DNA of 64,000 nt from a virus. The first letter of the stretch is position 1; every line of letters begins with the position of its first letter. Under the pieces are notes generated by a model. That model saw only the letters and a program-made list of their open reading frames with translations, searched no databases and was not told where the DNA came from. A program made the position numbers and the translations under genes. The DNA is taken from positions 9,139-73,138 of IMG/VR virus record IMGVR_UViG_3300018432_000005. One strand, 5' to 3'. Positions 19,898 through 29,026 of the stretch are shown here, one piece after another.

Positions 19898-20299
19898 ATG
19901 TTCCTACGTCTCGCCATGATGCTCGCGCTGTTCCTGATCACGTGCTGCGTGCCCGGCTCGAGCTCGACGGCGGAGCTCCGCGCCCGCACCGCCCTCAACG
20001 CCCTCGCCGACGTCGTCGACCCCGCTTACGACCTGGCGATGCTCGGCTGCCGGGACCTCGAAGACCGCGTGATGCGCGAGGGCGAGGCGGGCCAGCGCAG
20101 CGCGGTCAGCACAGAGACCACCATCGCGGCGATCAGCCAGCGCTGTCACAAGGTGCGCAGCGCGTTCGACGAGCTCCGCGCCTACCACGAACAGGCCGTG
20201 CAACTCGTGATGCGCGGCGACTACGAGCAGGCCCTCGCCATCCTGCAGCAGACGCGCGAGGCGTGGCAGACGCTGCGCGAAAGGACCATCGACCCATGA
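19898..20299 (+). CDS. Putative lipoprotein (spanin-like position)
   Basis: Signal peptide ending ITCC; helical body; GAGG RBS. Confidence 0.5.
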   Translation: MFLRLAMMLALFLITCCVPGSSSTAELRARTALNALADVVDPAYDLAMLGCRDLEDRVMREGEAGQRSAVSTETTIAAISQRCHKVRSAFDELRAYHEQAVQLVMRGDYEQALAILQQTREAWQTLRERTIDP

Positions 20300-20571
20300 G
20301 CAAGCTAGCGAAACTCGACTGGCTCAAGTTCTTCGCGCTGCTGCTGCCCGAGTTGCGTGCGCTCGCCCGCAAGCTGTACGAGCGGCACGGCGGCGACTTG
20401 AAGGAGGCAATCGTCGAGCTCAAGCACATCGGCGATCACGGCAAGCAGCTGGTCCTATTCGAGCAGGAGTTGCAGCGCCGTATGGCCGAGCTCAAAGCCC
20501 GCAGCGCTGCACGAGACGCAGAGCGCGCGGCCGCGACCGCATTCGCCAAGCGTGACGAGGGCGGCGAATGA
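20296..20571 (+). CDS. Hypothetical protein
   Basis: ATGA coupling at both ends. Confidence 0.5.
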   Translation: MSKLAKLDWLKFFALLLPELRALARKLYERHGGDLKEAIVELKHIGDHGKQLVLFEQELQRRMAELKARSAARDAERAAATAFAKRDEGGE

Positions 20572-21275
20572 AGATGCTCGTCTTCGTGCCCGACCAAGAC
20601 ACACCGGGTAAGCGCGACGTGTCGGGCGCGTTCCTGCCCGAAGCTCGAGCTTTCGCCCGCTACCACCTCGCCGCCCCCGAAGACGTGATCAAGCGCTTCC
20701 CAGCAAACGCGCCGCTCGAGCAGCGCCGCGCAACCTGCACGCTCGCGATCAAGACGGCGGCCGCGCCGCTCGATGTCATCGCGTTCTTCTGCCACGGCTG
20801 GCGGGCCGGCATTCAAGCGGGCTTCATGCGTCAGCACAACCTGCTATTGGCGAGGCTGCTGCGCGTGCATGCCAAGCCCGATGCGCACGTGCTGTTCTAC
20901 GCGTGCGACACCGGACGCGATGAAGACGCGCTGACCGCGGACGACCGCGAGCCCGGCCCAGGTGGCGACGGCGGCTTCGCGGACGGCGTGCGCGATGCGT
21001 GCGAAGCCCTCGGCATGCGCGTCACGGTGCTCGGCCATACTACTGCCGGGCATTGTACAGAGAATGCTCACGCGCGGTACTTCGCGCCGGGCTGCGGAGG
21101 CAAGGGCGGGCATTGGTACGTCGAGCCGGGCAGCGCGTTGTGGCCCATGTGGCGCGCTGCGCTGCGTGACCCGCGATCGAACCTGCGCTATCGGTTTTGG
21201 GAGATGACCCCCGATGAGATCGCGGCCGAGCTCCGCGGCCCTGCAGCACCACCCCCCGCCCCGCTAGTCGCGTGA
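20568..21275 (+). CDS. Caspase/CHAT-clan (DUF4347-like) cysteine peptidase
   Basis: Hydrophobic strand then CHG (VIAFFCHG) and hydrophobic strand then YACDTG: a His-Cys dyad layout. Confidence 0.55.
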   Translation: MKMLVFVPDQDTPGKRDVSGAFLPEARAFARYHLAAPEDVIKRFPANAPLEQRRATCTLAIKTAAAPLDVIAFFCHGWRAGIQAGFMRQHNLLLARLLRVHAKPDAHVLFYACDTGRDEDALTADDREPGPGGDGGFADGVRDACEALGMRVTVLGHTTAGHCTENAHARYFAPGCGGKGGHWYVEPGSALWPMWRAALRDPRSNLRYRFWEMTPDEIAAELRGPAAPPPAPLVA

Positions 21276-21568
21276 TGATCACCTACGTACAGCGAGCCGA
21301 GCTCGTGCAGCACTTCGCGAGCCGGATCATCCCGCTCGCGTGGGTGTGCTTCGCGGCCAACGTGGGCGGCACGCTCTGGAACCTGTACGAGCGCGAGTGG
21401 TTTGCTGCCGTGTCGACGGCCGCCGTCTCGGGGATCGTCTACTACGCAACGCGCCTACTGCAGATGCTCGCGATCGCGGCCGCCATCGTGAAGCCGCTCG
21501 AGCAGCACCTCGAACCGTTCATGCACGAGGGCGGTCAGCCGAGTGGGGATCGACCGCCGAAGAAGTAG
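21272..21568 (+). CDS. Small membrane protein
   Basis: Two to three hydrophobic segments. Confidence 0.5.
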   Translation: MMITYVQRAELVQHFASRIIPLAWVCFAANVGGTLWNLYEREWFAAVSTAAVSGIVYYATRLLQMLAIAAAIVKPLEQHLEPFMHEGGQPSGDRPPKK

Positions 21569-21587
21569 CAAGGTAGACTCGCAGCCC

Positions 21588-21926
21588 ATGGGCTACGTCA
21601 GACATCACGCCATCGTCGTTACTTCGTCGCGCGAGCAAGACATCACGGGCGGCATCGCGAAAGCGACCGAGCTCGGGCTCGTCGCGTCGGTGCAAAGCCC
21701 GCGCACCGTCAACGGCTACCGCTCTTTTTTGGTCTGCCCGGACGGCAGCAAAGAGGGATGGGCCGAGAGCGATGAAGGCGACGTTGCGCGCGAGGCGTTC
21801 ATCGCTTGGCTTCGAGCACAGCGCTACGACGATGGAAGCTCGAACATCGAGTGGGTCGAGGTCTCTTACGGCTCCGACGACAAGAGTGCGCGCATCGAGC
21901 GCTCGGAGTGGCGGCCGCGCAACTGA
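21588..21926 (+). CDS. Conserved phage hypothetical protein
   Basis: MGYVRHHAIVVT...NGYRSFLVCPDGSKEGW; preceded by TAGACT (-10-like). Confidence 0.6.
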   Translation: MGYVRHHAIVVTSSREQDITGGIAKATELGLVASVQSPRTVNGYRSFLVCPDGSKEGWAESDEGDVAREAFIAWLRAQRYDDGSSNIEWVEVSYGSDDKSARIERSEWRPRN

Positions 21927-21959
21927 CCAAGCACCCCGCGCCTCGTGCGCCCCACCAAT

Positions 21960-22295
21960 TCAGCCCGGCTCGCCGACGCCCCCGCGTCCCGCCGCTTTGC
22001 GCTGCTCGAGCTCGTGCTGCTCGATCATCAGGCCGGCGTTGTTGACGACGATGTCTAGCGGCCCAGCGAGCACGCGCTCGAGCTCATCGTCGAGGCAGGC
22101 GAGGGCGACGTGCTCGCGGTCGTCGCGGTCGACCAGCACCACGGCCGCATGGTCGCCCTGTCGCTGGGCCTCGATGTACAGGTCGCGCGCGCGCACCTGC
22201 AGCGGGCACTCGAGAATCACGTACGCGCGGGCGTGTTTGGTGCAGCCGACCATGGGCGGGGGATCCGTTCTAGCGGGGGGCCTGTCCCCGCTCAT
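21960..22295 (-). CDS. Hypothetical protein
   Basis: GC3-biased ORF; start may be at 22253. Confidence 0.45.
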   Translation of the reverse strand: MSGDRPPARTDPPPMVGCTKHARAYVILECPLQVRARDLYIEAQRQGDHAAVVLVDRDDREHVALACLDDELERVLAGPLDIVVNNAGLMIEQHELEQRKAAGRGGVGEPG

Positions 22296-22718
22296 ATATC
22301 CGCACTTCGGAAAACCCCACGAACAAAGATCGGGCCAAGGGCGATTTGCCGTCCAGGCGCCCGCCTACGCCTCCCGTCGACGCGGATACCCCAGCCTGCG
22401 ACCCCTCTCGAGAAAGACGCCTGCGCGGACGTCAGCAGCGCGGCGAGGGCTTGTTGACGGGTCCGCATCACCCACCCCATCCCAAGCCCGTACGGTGCGC
22501 TGACGATGGCGCGAAGAAGCACGCGAGAGCGTGACCGTGGTGCGCGCGGGGAGGGCGTCACGAGTCGCCCATCGGGCGCGAGAATGGTCGTCCGGTAACC
22601 CCCTGCTCGAGCAGCAAGGCGAGCCGGCGTTCTCCCCATGTGGGAAGCGGCCGCGCCTCCCCTGCACCCCTACGCTGCGAGCGCTCCGCGACCGGGCCCT
22701 GACGCGGCGACCGCATCA

Positions 22719-22801
22719 GATCAACGGAAAGGCATCGCAGCGGGCAAACCCGCTACGAAGCGTAGTAGGACGGCCCGCTAGGATCGTCTTGCCCGTTGAT
22801 C
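22719..22801 (+). other. Long nested stem-loop in a ~700-bp non-coding region
   Basis: GATCAACGG/CCGTTGATC, AGCGGGC/GCCCGCT and CTACG/CGTAG nested, with G-U wobbles on the + strand. Confidence 0.45.
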
Positions 22802-23014
22802 ACAGCCGATCCCCGCGCTGTCCCCATCCTGCAGCGCGGCTTGCTCGGTATTTCGTCAGCGTTCGGTCGGCTCCGAGCGGCACTCGGGGCTTTCGAGCGA
22901 GCCCACGACGCCGCTACCACTGAACGGAAGAACCGCAGAGCGACGCTCGGGGCCTTCTTTTCAGGGTGTTTCGGACTGCAGACGGATCTCGCCCTTGGCG
23001 GATCAGGAGCGTCG

Positions 23015-23902
23015 TCAGCCGGCGCGCAGCTCGCGGTGCAGATCGGCGAGCTCGCCCAGGTCGTCGGGCAGCCCGTCGACGGCGATGCGCTCGCGTGCGG
23101 TCAGCGGCTCGTCATCGATGTCGGTCGACGTCGACGGCGCAAAGCAGCGCAGCATCTCGCGCGAGGGCGGCAGCAGCAGCCGCGCCTGCGCGTAGGCGTA
23201 CTTCGAGCCTTCCGCGCGCGGCCGCACGGCGCCATCGGCGTCGAACTTCGGCTGCCACACGTGCACGAGCCCATGCATATCGGACTTGCCGCGCGGGGTC
23301 TGACGGTCTGCGCCGCGCAGGATGCGCTTGTAGGCGTCGAGCGTGCGCGGCGCGAGGTCTTCGCGCGCGGACAAGCCCTGGGCGCGCGCCTTGGGCACGT
23401 GATGCAGTCGCACCTTGCCCTCGCACTCGAAGACCTCGCCCGATTCGGGGTCGATGACCTCTTTGATCTCGGGCCGCAGCTCGTGCTTGTGCCCGACGAA
23501 TCCGCCCGCATCGACGACGCGATATTGCGAGCCATGTAGTGTCACCGCGGACCACCAACGGAAGAAGAAGTGCACGACGCGGCGTCTTTTGCCGATGGTC
23601 GGGATCTGCTCGAGCAGCCGCTGCATGGCGCGCTGCCAGATGCGGCCGCCATCGTCGTCACCGAATGCCGCGCGCAGCACGTCGGGCAGGCTACGGCCCT
23701 CGTGCAGCATCGCGAGCACGTGCCCGAAGCCGACGGCCTTGGGCTTCTTCTTCGGCTTGGGGCGCTGGCGCCTGGGCTGCCACCTACTACCGCGGTCGAA
23801 CGAGCGGTCGCCCACGCGGTTGCGGGGTGTCCTCTTTCGAGTCGTGCGGGAGGGTGCGCACCTGGCTTGCGCACCGGCCGCGGCGCTGTTAGCGTCGGCC
23901 AT
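23015..23902 (-). CDS. Putative winged-HTH replication initiator (Rep-like)
   Basis: GLSAREDLAPRTLDAYKRIL...GLVHVWQP resembles a wHTH; flanked by non-coding DNA and a divergent RHH gene. Confidence 0.35.
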   Translation of the reverse strand: MADANSAAAGAQARCAPSRTTRKRTPRNRVGDRSFDRGSRWQPRRQRPKPKKKPKAVGFGHVLAMLHEGRSLPDVLRAAFGDDDGGRIWQRAMQRLLEQIPTIGKRRRVVHFFFRWWSAVTLHGSQYRVVDAGGFVGHKHELRPEIKEVIDPESGEVFECEGKVRLHHVPKARAQGLSAREDLAPRTLDAYKRILRGADRQTPRGKSDMHGLVHVWQPKFDADGAVRPRAEGSKYAYAQARLLLPPSREMLRCFAPSTSTDIDDEPLTARERIAVDGLPDDLGELADLHRELRAG

Positions 23903-24209
23903 AACTAGTAGGGAGCACCGGGGAGCCTGTCAGGGCGTCGATCCGGTGCTTTTTCGTTTCCGTCTTGCTGGGGTTTTTTGTGTCGGGTCTGTGCTTCGTA
24001 CGCTGACCAACGTTGGCCCGGCAAGCTTTCAGTGCAGATATGAAAGGCTAGCCCGCAACTTTGCTGTCAATTCCTGTTGCTGTACGTCTTTGGATACGAT
24101 CTGCCACGATCGCGCCCTTGCACTCCTTCCTAAACTAGCAATGATTTCGCGCATGAAACCGATAGTCGAAAGGCGTCGCCCCGCATCCTCCATTCAGGTC
24201 AGGGCGCCG

Positions 24210-24626
24210 ATGGCGCAGCGGACAAGCGGATCGGGATCGTCACTTGGTCCGCAGCGACCCGCCGCGGAGGCCCAGCCGCCGAAGAAGAAGCAGCCCGCGC
24301 CGCCGCCCATCGCGGCCGAGGTGTTGGCGCGCGAGAAGCGCATCGCCCTGCAGCGCAACGCACGGCGTGAAGAGATTGCCGAGGTCGTCCGCGCCATCGT
24401 CATCCACCTGGGTAACGAGGCGCTGATCGAGCTGGCCGAGGCCGAGCTCGCCGCGCGCAACCTCGCCGGGCCGCCGAAGACGAAGCGCGAGGGGGCGCCC
24501 AGGCGATACACGACCTACCTGCCGGAAGCACTCGGCGCTCGCCTGAACGCCCATGCGAAGACCGAAGCCGTCAGTCCGCAATCGATTGTAGTGCGCGCTC
24601 TGGAGTTGTATTTGACGGACCGATGA
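24210..24626 (+). CDS. RHH (CopG-like) DNA-binding protein
   Basis: C-terminal RYTTYLPEALGARLNAHAKTEAVSPQSIVVRALELYL; start could lie upstream. Confidence 0.65.
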   Translation: MAQRTSGSGSSLGPQRPAAEAQPPKKKQPAPPPIAAEVLAREKRIALQRNARREEIAEVVRAIVIHLGNEALIELAEAELAARNLAGPPKTKREGAPRRYTTYLPEALGARLNAHAKTEAVSPQSIVVRALELYLTDR

Positions 24627-24871
24627 CGACGATCGACCCCCTCACGCAGCGGCCGTGCCTTGCGTTCCTCCCGGGTGGCGTCCAGTGCCGCGCCGTCGCG
24701 ACCTCGGTCTGTAAGAACGTCGACGGCCTCGCATGGTGGGCCTGCGACGAACACGCGAAGCTAGGCCCCATCGACGACGGCAGCGGCAACGTCGTCGCGA
24801 CGGTGACGCCGATCGACGATTGGTTTCTCTCGGCGGGCCTCTTGCCGCCGTCTGAGCGCAAGCCTTCGTGA
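24623..24871 (+). CDS. Small Cys-containing hypothetical protein
   Basis: Coupled ORF with C...C...CxxH. Confidence 0.5.
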   Translation: MTTIDPLTQRPCLAFLPGGVQCRAVATSVCKNVDGLAWWACDEHAKLGPIDDGSGNVVATVTPIDDWFLSAGLLPPSERKPS

Positions 24872-25128
24872 CGGGCAAGAGGGACCGCGCGCACGTGGTG
24901 TTCGAACCCAAGCGCATCGGGACGAAGTGGTTCGTCGAGGTGCTGACCTACGTCAATGACGAGCTGACCGAGCGCTACACCTCGAAAGGCACTTTCGCGT
25001 CGTACGCGCTCGCCGACGCGGCCGGTGCGCAGATGGCGAGATCGATCTCGGACGAGCTACGCGCAATCCCGAACGTGCGCGACGTCGAGCTCTTCGAGAC
25101 GTTCCCACAACCCAAAGGCAACGCATGA
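24868..25128 (+). CDS. Hypothetical protein
   Basis: GTGA-coupled ORF. Confidence 0.5.
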   Translation: MTGKRDRAHVVFEPKRIGTKWFVEVLTYVNDELTERYTSKGTFASYALADAAGAQMARSISDELRAIPNVRDVELFETFPQPKGNA

Positions 25129-25343
25129 AGCACGCGACCGCGTCAGGTGAGATCGAAAACGGCCAGCTCGTCGGTAACCACGGCGGCGACGTCGTCGTCG
25201 TCCTGCCTCGCGTCCGCATGTCCCGGCGCGAGGCCCTTGTCCACGCAGCGTGGCTCGTTGCCGTGGCGGAGTCGTGCGACGACACCGACGAGGATGCCGG
25301 CGCCGAGTTTCTCGCGATTCTCGATCGGGTGCGCAATACCTAG
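25125..25343 (+). CDS. Hypothetical protein
   Basis: ATGA-coupled ORF. Confidence 0.5.
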   Translation: MKHATASGEIENGQLVGNHGGDVVVVLPRVRMSRREALVHAAWLVAVAESCDDTDEDAGAEFLAILDRVRNT

Positions 25344-25390
25344 GTGGGCAACAGACAGACGACAGCAGACCCAACTAGGAGCGCTCCCCT

Positions 25391-25684
25391 ATGTCGACAA
25401 GCGATTTCACGTTACCACTTGGCGCGAAGGTCAAAGACAAGGTCACCGGCTTCGTCGGCATCGTGCATTCGCGCAGTGAATGGCTGTATGGATGCCGCCG
25501 CTACGGTGTGGCGCCCATCGAGCTCAAAGACGGTCGACCGCAGGAGCATTGCGGCTTCGACGAAGATGCGCTCGAGCTCGTCGAGTCGCCGGCCGAGGAA
25601 CACGTCGTTAAGAACACGGGCGGTACGGCTCCCGTCGCCAAGCGCGCGCCCGACGTCACCCGCGCGGCCGCCCCTCGCCGCTAG
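25391..25684 (+). CDS. Conserved phage protein (SH3-like)
   Basis: AGGAG RBS; LGAKVKDKVTGFVGIV..RSEWLYGC. Confidence 0.6.
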   Translation: MSTSDFTLPLGAKVKDKVTGFVGIVHSRSEWLYGCRRYGVAPIELKDGRPQEHCGFDEDALELVESPAEEHVVKNTGGTAPVAKRAPDVTRAAAPRR

Positions 25685-25834
25685 GCCCTCGGCCGCGCTC
25701 GCGCCGCACCGACCACGCACAAAGCCCCAGCACGCCGACCACTTGCGGCACCCACCTCGGCACGAGGCCGACCGCCCAGGCGAGCAAGCTCGCCCAAGCG
25801 ACCCAACTGCCAATGCGGATCACGCGTTCGAGCG

Positions 25835-26113
25835 TCACAGCTGCAGGCCAGCGCCTGCGCGCGCTTCGGCGGTCAGGCGCTCGACCCGTGCGCGCATCGA
25901 CTGCAGCGTCTCTTTGACCTGCCGCCGCACGCGGTCGGGGTCGGCGCGCGTGTGCGCGTTCGAGAATCGAAAGCGCATCGTCGACGTGTGGATCGTGATG
26001 ATCTCTCCGCGCTTGCCGAAGGTGTCGCAGTCGAGCGTGACGCCGGGCCAGACGCCGGCCGCAAGCTCGCGCAGTTCGCTGATTGGGATCGTCGGCTTCG
26101 TCTGTCTGGGCAT
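25835..26113 (-). CDS. Hypothetical protein
   Basis: AAGGA RBS; AT-rich upstream segment with a TAGTCA-N7-TGACTA palindrome. Confidence 0.5.
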   Translation of the reverse strand: MPRQTKPTIPISELRELAAGVWPGVTLDCDTFGKRGEIITIHTSTMRFRFSNAHTRADPDRVRRQVKETLQSMRARVERLTAEARAGAGLQL

Positions 26114-26251
26114 GCCCCACGCGTCCTTTGTACTAGTCAGGATCATTGACTACTACTTGGGTACAACATAAACCGGGCCGGGATTGGGATACGAAGGCGC
26201 CTTGCCCCCAAGGCGTCCGCCCGCTCGGCATTGGTGTCGAGCGGGCGCATT

Positions 26252-26614
26252 CTATCGGCCCGGCCGGTCTGCCGGGGTATACGCGCGGGCGAGCTCGAGC
26301 GCTTTTGCAAACGCACCGGGCCCTGCATCGCGGTCGTACAGGTCTTCGCTGTGTTCGTCGAGCTCGAGCGAGTCGAGCTTCGCGCGCACCTTGATCGGCC
26401 GGCCGTTGCAGTAGTCGACCGAGAAGCCGCCCGCTTGCTCGAGCCACACGAGCGCATCCGAGTAGCCCATCGGTCGCCCCAAGTCGTGAAGCATCCCGAG
26501 CCCCACGGAGCGCGTACCGTTGTGCAGCGCAGCGAGCAGCGCAGGCGCGTCGATCCTTTCGCCCTTGTAGATGACGAATCGGACCGTCTCTGGATCGAGT
26601 CTGTTGCTGTTCAC
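26252..26614 (-). CDS. Conserved viral hypothetical protein
   Basis: LAALHN...GLGMLH...DYCNGRPIKV...LYDRDAGPG; GTG overlaps the upstream stop. Confidence 0.55.
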   Translation of the reverse strand: MNSNRLDPETVRFVIYKGERIDAPALLAALHNGTRSVGLGMLHDLGRPMGYSDALVWLEQAGGFSVDYCNGRPIKVRAKLDSLELDEHSEDLYDRDAGPGAFAKALELARAYTPADRPGR

Positions 26615-27297
26615 TTGAGATCCTTTCCGGCTTTGTCCTTTGCCCTCTGCTCCCACGCGTCGAGCAGCGTGTCGGCAAACGTACCCATTCGCAGATGTCC
26701 GCCGCGCACCTTCGCGACTTCGTTCAGCAGCGCGTGATGGCCCATCGTGCGCGTACCACCGACGTCCATCACGAGCGCCCCGCCGTGCTTGACGGCGCAC
26801 TGCTCGGACGGCGAGACGACGAAGTACGTGCGGCAGGGATTGGGCCGCACGTCGTAGATGGTGCACTCGTTGGTGATGGGGTCGAGCAGCCCGCACGGCT
26901 CGTGCAGGTCGGTGTACGCGGCCGCAACGCGCTTGAGCGCATCCTGATCGCCGCGCATGGTCACGGCGTCGCGGTCGGCCCGCGTCGTGACCATCTGCAG
27001 GCGAGCCTGTTGCCGGCGAAGCTGGGGCAGCGCGCGCTCGACTTCCTTCGGGTAGAGGTCGACGACCGCCTGCGCCTCCGCAGCTTCCACGTAGACGATG
27101 AAGTAACAGCAGTGCGCGCAGCCCTTCGTGCACGAGGGCTTGTGCGACGCGTCGGCCGCGTTCAGCAGCCGTCCCTGATGCTCGTCGACGAGCTCGTAAT
27201 GCGTCAGCACCACCTGCCGAAGCCGCTTGTTCGCGCGCGCCCGTGCTTCGGTCTCTTCGGCCTGCGAACGCAGCACGCGATGGCTGACCCGCTTCAT
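26611..27297 (-). CDS. YkgJ-family (CxxCxxCC) Zn/Fe-chelating protein
   Basis: CTKGCAHCC...CGLL...CTIYDVRPNPCR. Confidence 0.8.
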   Translation of the reverse strand: MKRVSHRVLRSQAEETEARARANKRLRQVVLTHYELVDEHQGRLLNAADASHKPSCTKGCAHCCYFIVYVEAAEAQAVVDLYPKEVERALPQLRRQQARLQMVTTRADRDAVTMRGDQDALKRVAAAYTDLHEPCGLLDPITNECTIYDVRPNPCRTYFVVSPSEQCAVKHGGALVMDVGGTRTMGHHALLNEVAKVRGGHLRMGTFADTLLDAWEQRAKDKAGKDLK

Positions 27298-27881
27298 GGC
27301 TGCGGCAGCTTCCACGCGTCCGAGTCGCAGAAGTAGTCGACGAGCACGTTCGCAGGGCGGCGCTTGCTCTCGCCCTTGCGCACCGCCTCGCACGCTTTGT
27401 TGTACACGAGGTGCATGTATTCGACGTTTGGCATCGTGCGCGCCTGCGACGCGCGTCCAAACAGAGTCGGGAAGGCGGGGAGCTCGCGCACCTCGATCTC
27501 GCGGCGCTGCGCGAAGGCGCGCGCGATCCCATAGAACATGCCGCGCGAGATGCCCAGGTCGACGAAGACGACAGAGCGCGTCGCGAACGTACCCCAGACG
27601 AGCCCGCCCTCGATGCCTAGCGCCCGCTCGAGCAGATGGTCGTCGTCGAGCACGCCCTCTTGCGTGTAGAGCATGTGCGAGGCGTACGCGGCTTCGCTGT
27701 AGACGAGGAAGCAGTGACGCATGCAGGCGCGCGCGTATCGCAGGTTCAGGGCGACGTCGCCTGCGTAGGGCGACTCGAGTAGCACCGGCCGCAGTCGGAA
27801 TGATTCGAGCGGAGGGGTCGGCGAGTCTTCGGCCGAGAGCAGCGCGCGCGAGAGGCGCAGGTCGGCGGGCGGCTTGATCAT
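27294..27881 (-). CDS. Nucleoside 2-deoxyribosyltransferase-like (DUF4406-like) protein
   Basis: LLESPYAGD...YARAC...ASHMLYTQ..LDD...ER.LGI...DLGISRGM..GI. Confidence 0.65.
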   Translation of the reverse strand: MIKPPADLRLSRALLSAEDSPTPPLESFRLRPVLLESPYAGDVALNLRYARACMRHCFLVYSEAAYASHMLYTQEGVLDDDHLLERALGIEGGLVWGTFATRSVVFVDLGISRGMFYGIARAFAQRREIEVRELPAFPTLFGRASQARTMPNVEYMHLVYNKACEAVRKGESKRRPANVLVDYFCDSDAWKLPQP

Positions 27882-27885
27882 CAGG

Positions 27886-28197
27886 TCAGCCTTCCTTTGC
27901 GAGCGTTTCAAGGAACGCGGCCGCCGTGACGAGCTCGCGGACGAGGTCGCCGGCCGCCGCGGTTCCCTCGACCGTCTCGATCACGTCGCGCAGCGCGCGC
28001 GCCGCCTCCATGAGCGTCGGGCCGGCTGGGACGCCTAGCCGCAGGCGCGACCCCTCGATGAAGCCGAGCAGGTACATGACGTGCGTCGATGCCGTCTTGA
28101 GCTTCTCGCGCAGCGCGGCCGCGTCGTCGCCCTCGGCCGGATGCAGATCGTCGCGGTTGTACCACTGCGCGCGGATGCTCTGAAAAGGGGTCGTCAT
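27886..28197 (-). CDS. Hypothetical protein
   Basis: Coupled ORF in the leftward operon. Confidence 0.5.
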   Translation of the reverse strand: MTTPFQSIRAQWYNRDDLHPAEGDDAAALREKLKTASTHVMYLLGFIEGSRLRLGVPAGPTLMEAARALRDVIETVEGTAAAGDLVRELVTAAAFLETLAKEG

Positions 28198-28499
28198 GCG
28201 GGGGTCACTCCACCGATCGTAAGTTTGAAACTGTCCTTGCCGGGTCGCGGCGGCCAGATCTTGATATCCCACTGCCGCGTGCGCGGGAAGGTCACGTGCA
28301 ACACGACGGCGGCGAGCATGCCCATCAGTGCCCACGCGTTGTACTCGGACAACTCGATGACCTGCGTTTCCTTGCCACTGTCGTCTGTCGTGATGATGGC
28401 AAGGCGGTTGCCGGCCACGACGCGACAACCGATGTACTGGTCGTCTTCGGGATCGCGCGCGGGCTGCCGCTTGCCCCGCTTGAACTCGCCGAGTGTCAT
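28194..28499 (-). CDS. Hypothetical protein
   Basis: Coupled ORF. Confidence 0.5.
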   Translation of the reverse strand: MTLGEFKRGKRQPARDPEDDQYIGCRVVAGNRLAIITTDDSGKETQVIELSEYNAWALMGMLAAVVLHVTFPRTRQWDIKIWPPRPGKDSFKLTIGGVTPA

Positions 28500-29026
28500 G
28501 GTCGTCGCTCCAACAGTCGTCCTTTGAAGGGCGTGATGACGTCGGCGACCGTGTGCTCTGTCTGCTTGCGCGGGTCGTAGTTGATCCGGTCACCCTCGTC
28601 GTCGTCCATGTAACTCCAGAACCATTCCTCGCAGACCGAGGTCTGATTCCAGGCGAGGAACTCGCCGCCCTGGGCGTAGGCTTCGCGGATGGCGACCGCC
28701 TGCTCGAGCAGCGTGCACACGCGGTCGCCGGGCGGGTGCGCCTCGACGAACTGCTCGAAGCTATCGGCGATCGCGAGCATATCGCCGCGCTGCACCACGT
28801 ATCGATCGTAGGTCGTCACGAGCGCATTGTGCTCGAACGGCTCGAGCGGCTTGCCCTCTGAATGGTACTTCCAGACGTTGGGCCATCTAGACCTGTGGTC
28901 GCCGGTGATGCCATACGCCTGCGCGAGCTTGTCCCAGATGAACGGAGCCGAGCCCCATCCGTTCTGAAACTCGTACCCCTTCTCAAAGCCGCCCGCGAAC
29001 GCGACGGCGAGGGTCGTGCGACTCAT
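28496..29026 (-). CDS. Hypothetical protein
   Basis: Coupled ORF; FQNGWGSAPFIWD. Confidence 0.6.
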   Translation of the reverse strand: MSRTTLAVAFAGGFEKGYEFQNGWGSAPFIWDKLAQAYGITGDHRSRWPNVWKYHSEGKPLEPFEHNALVTTYDRYVVQRGDMLAIADSFEQFVEAHPPGDRVCTLLEQAVAIREAYAQGGEFLAWNQTSVCEEWFWSYMDDDEGDRINYDPRKQTEHTVADVITPFKGRLLERRP

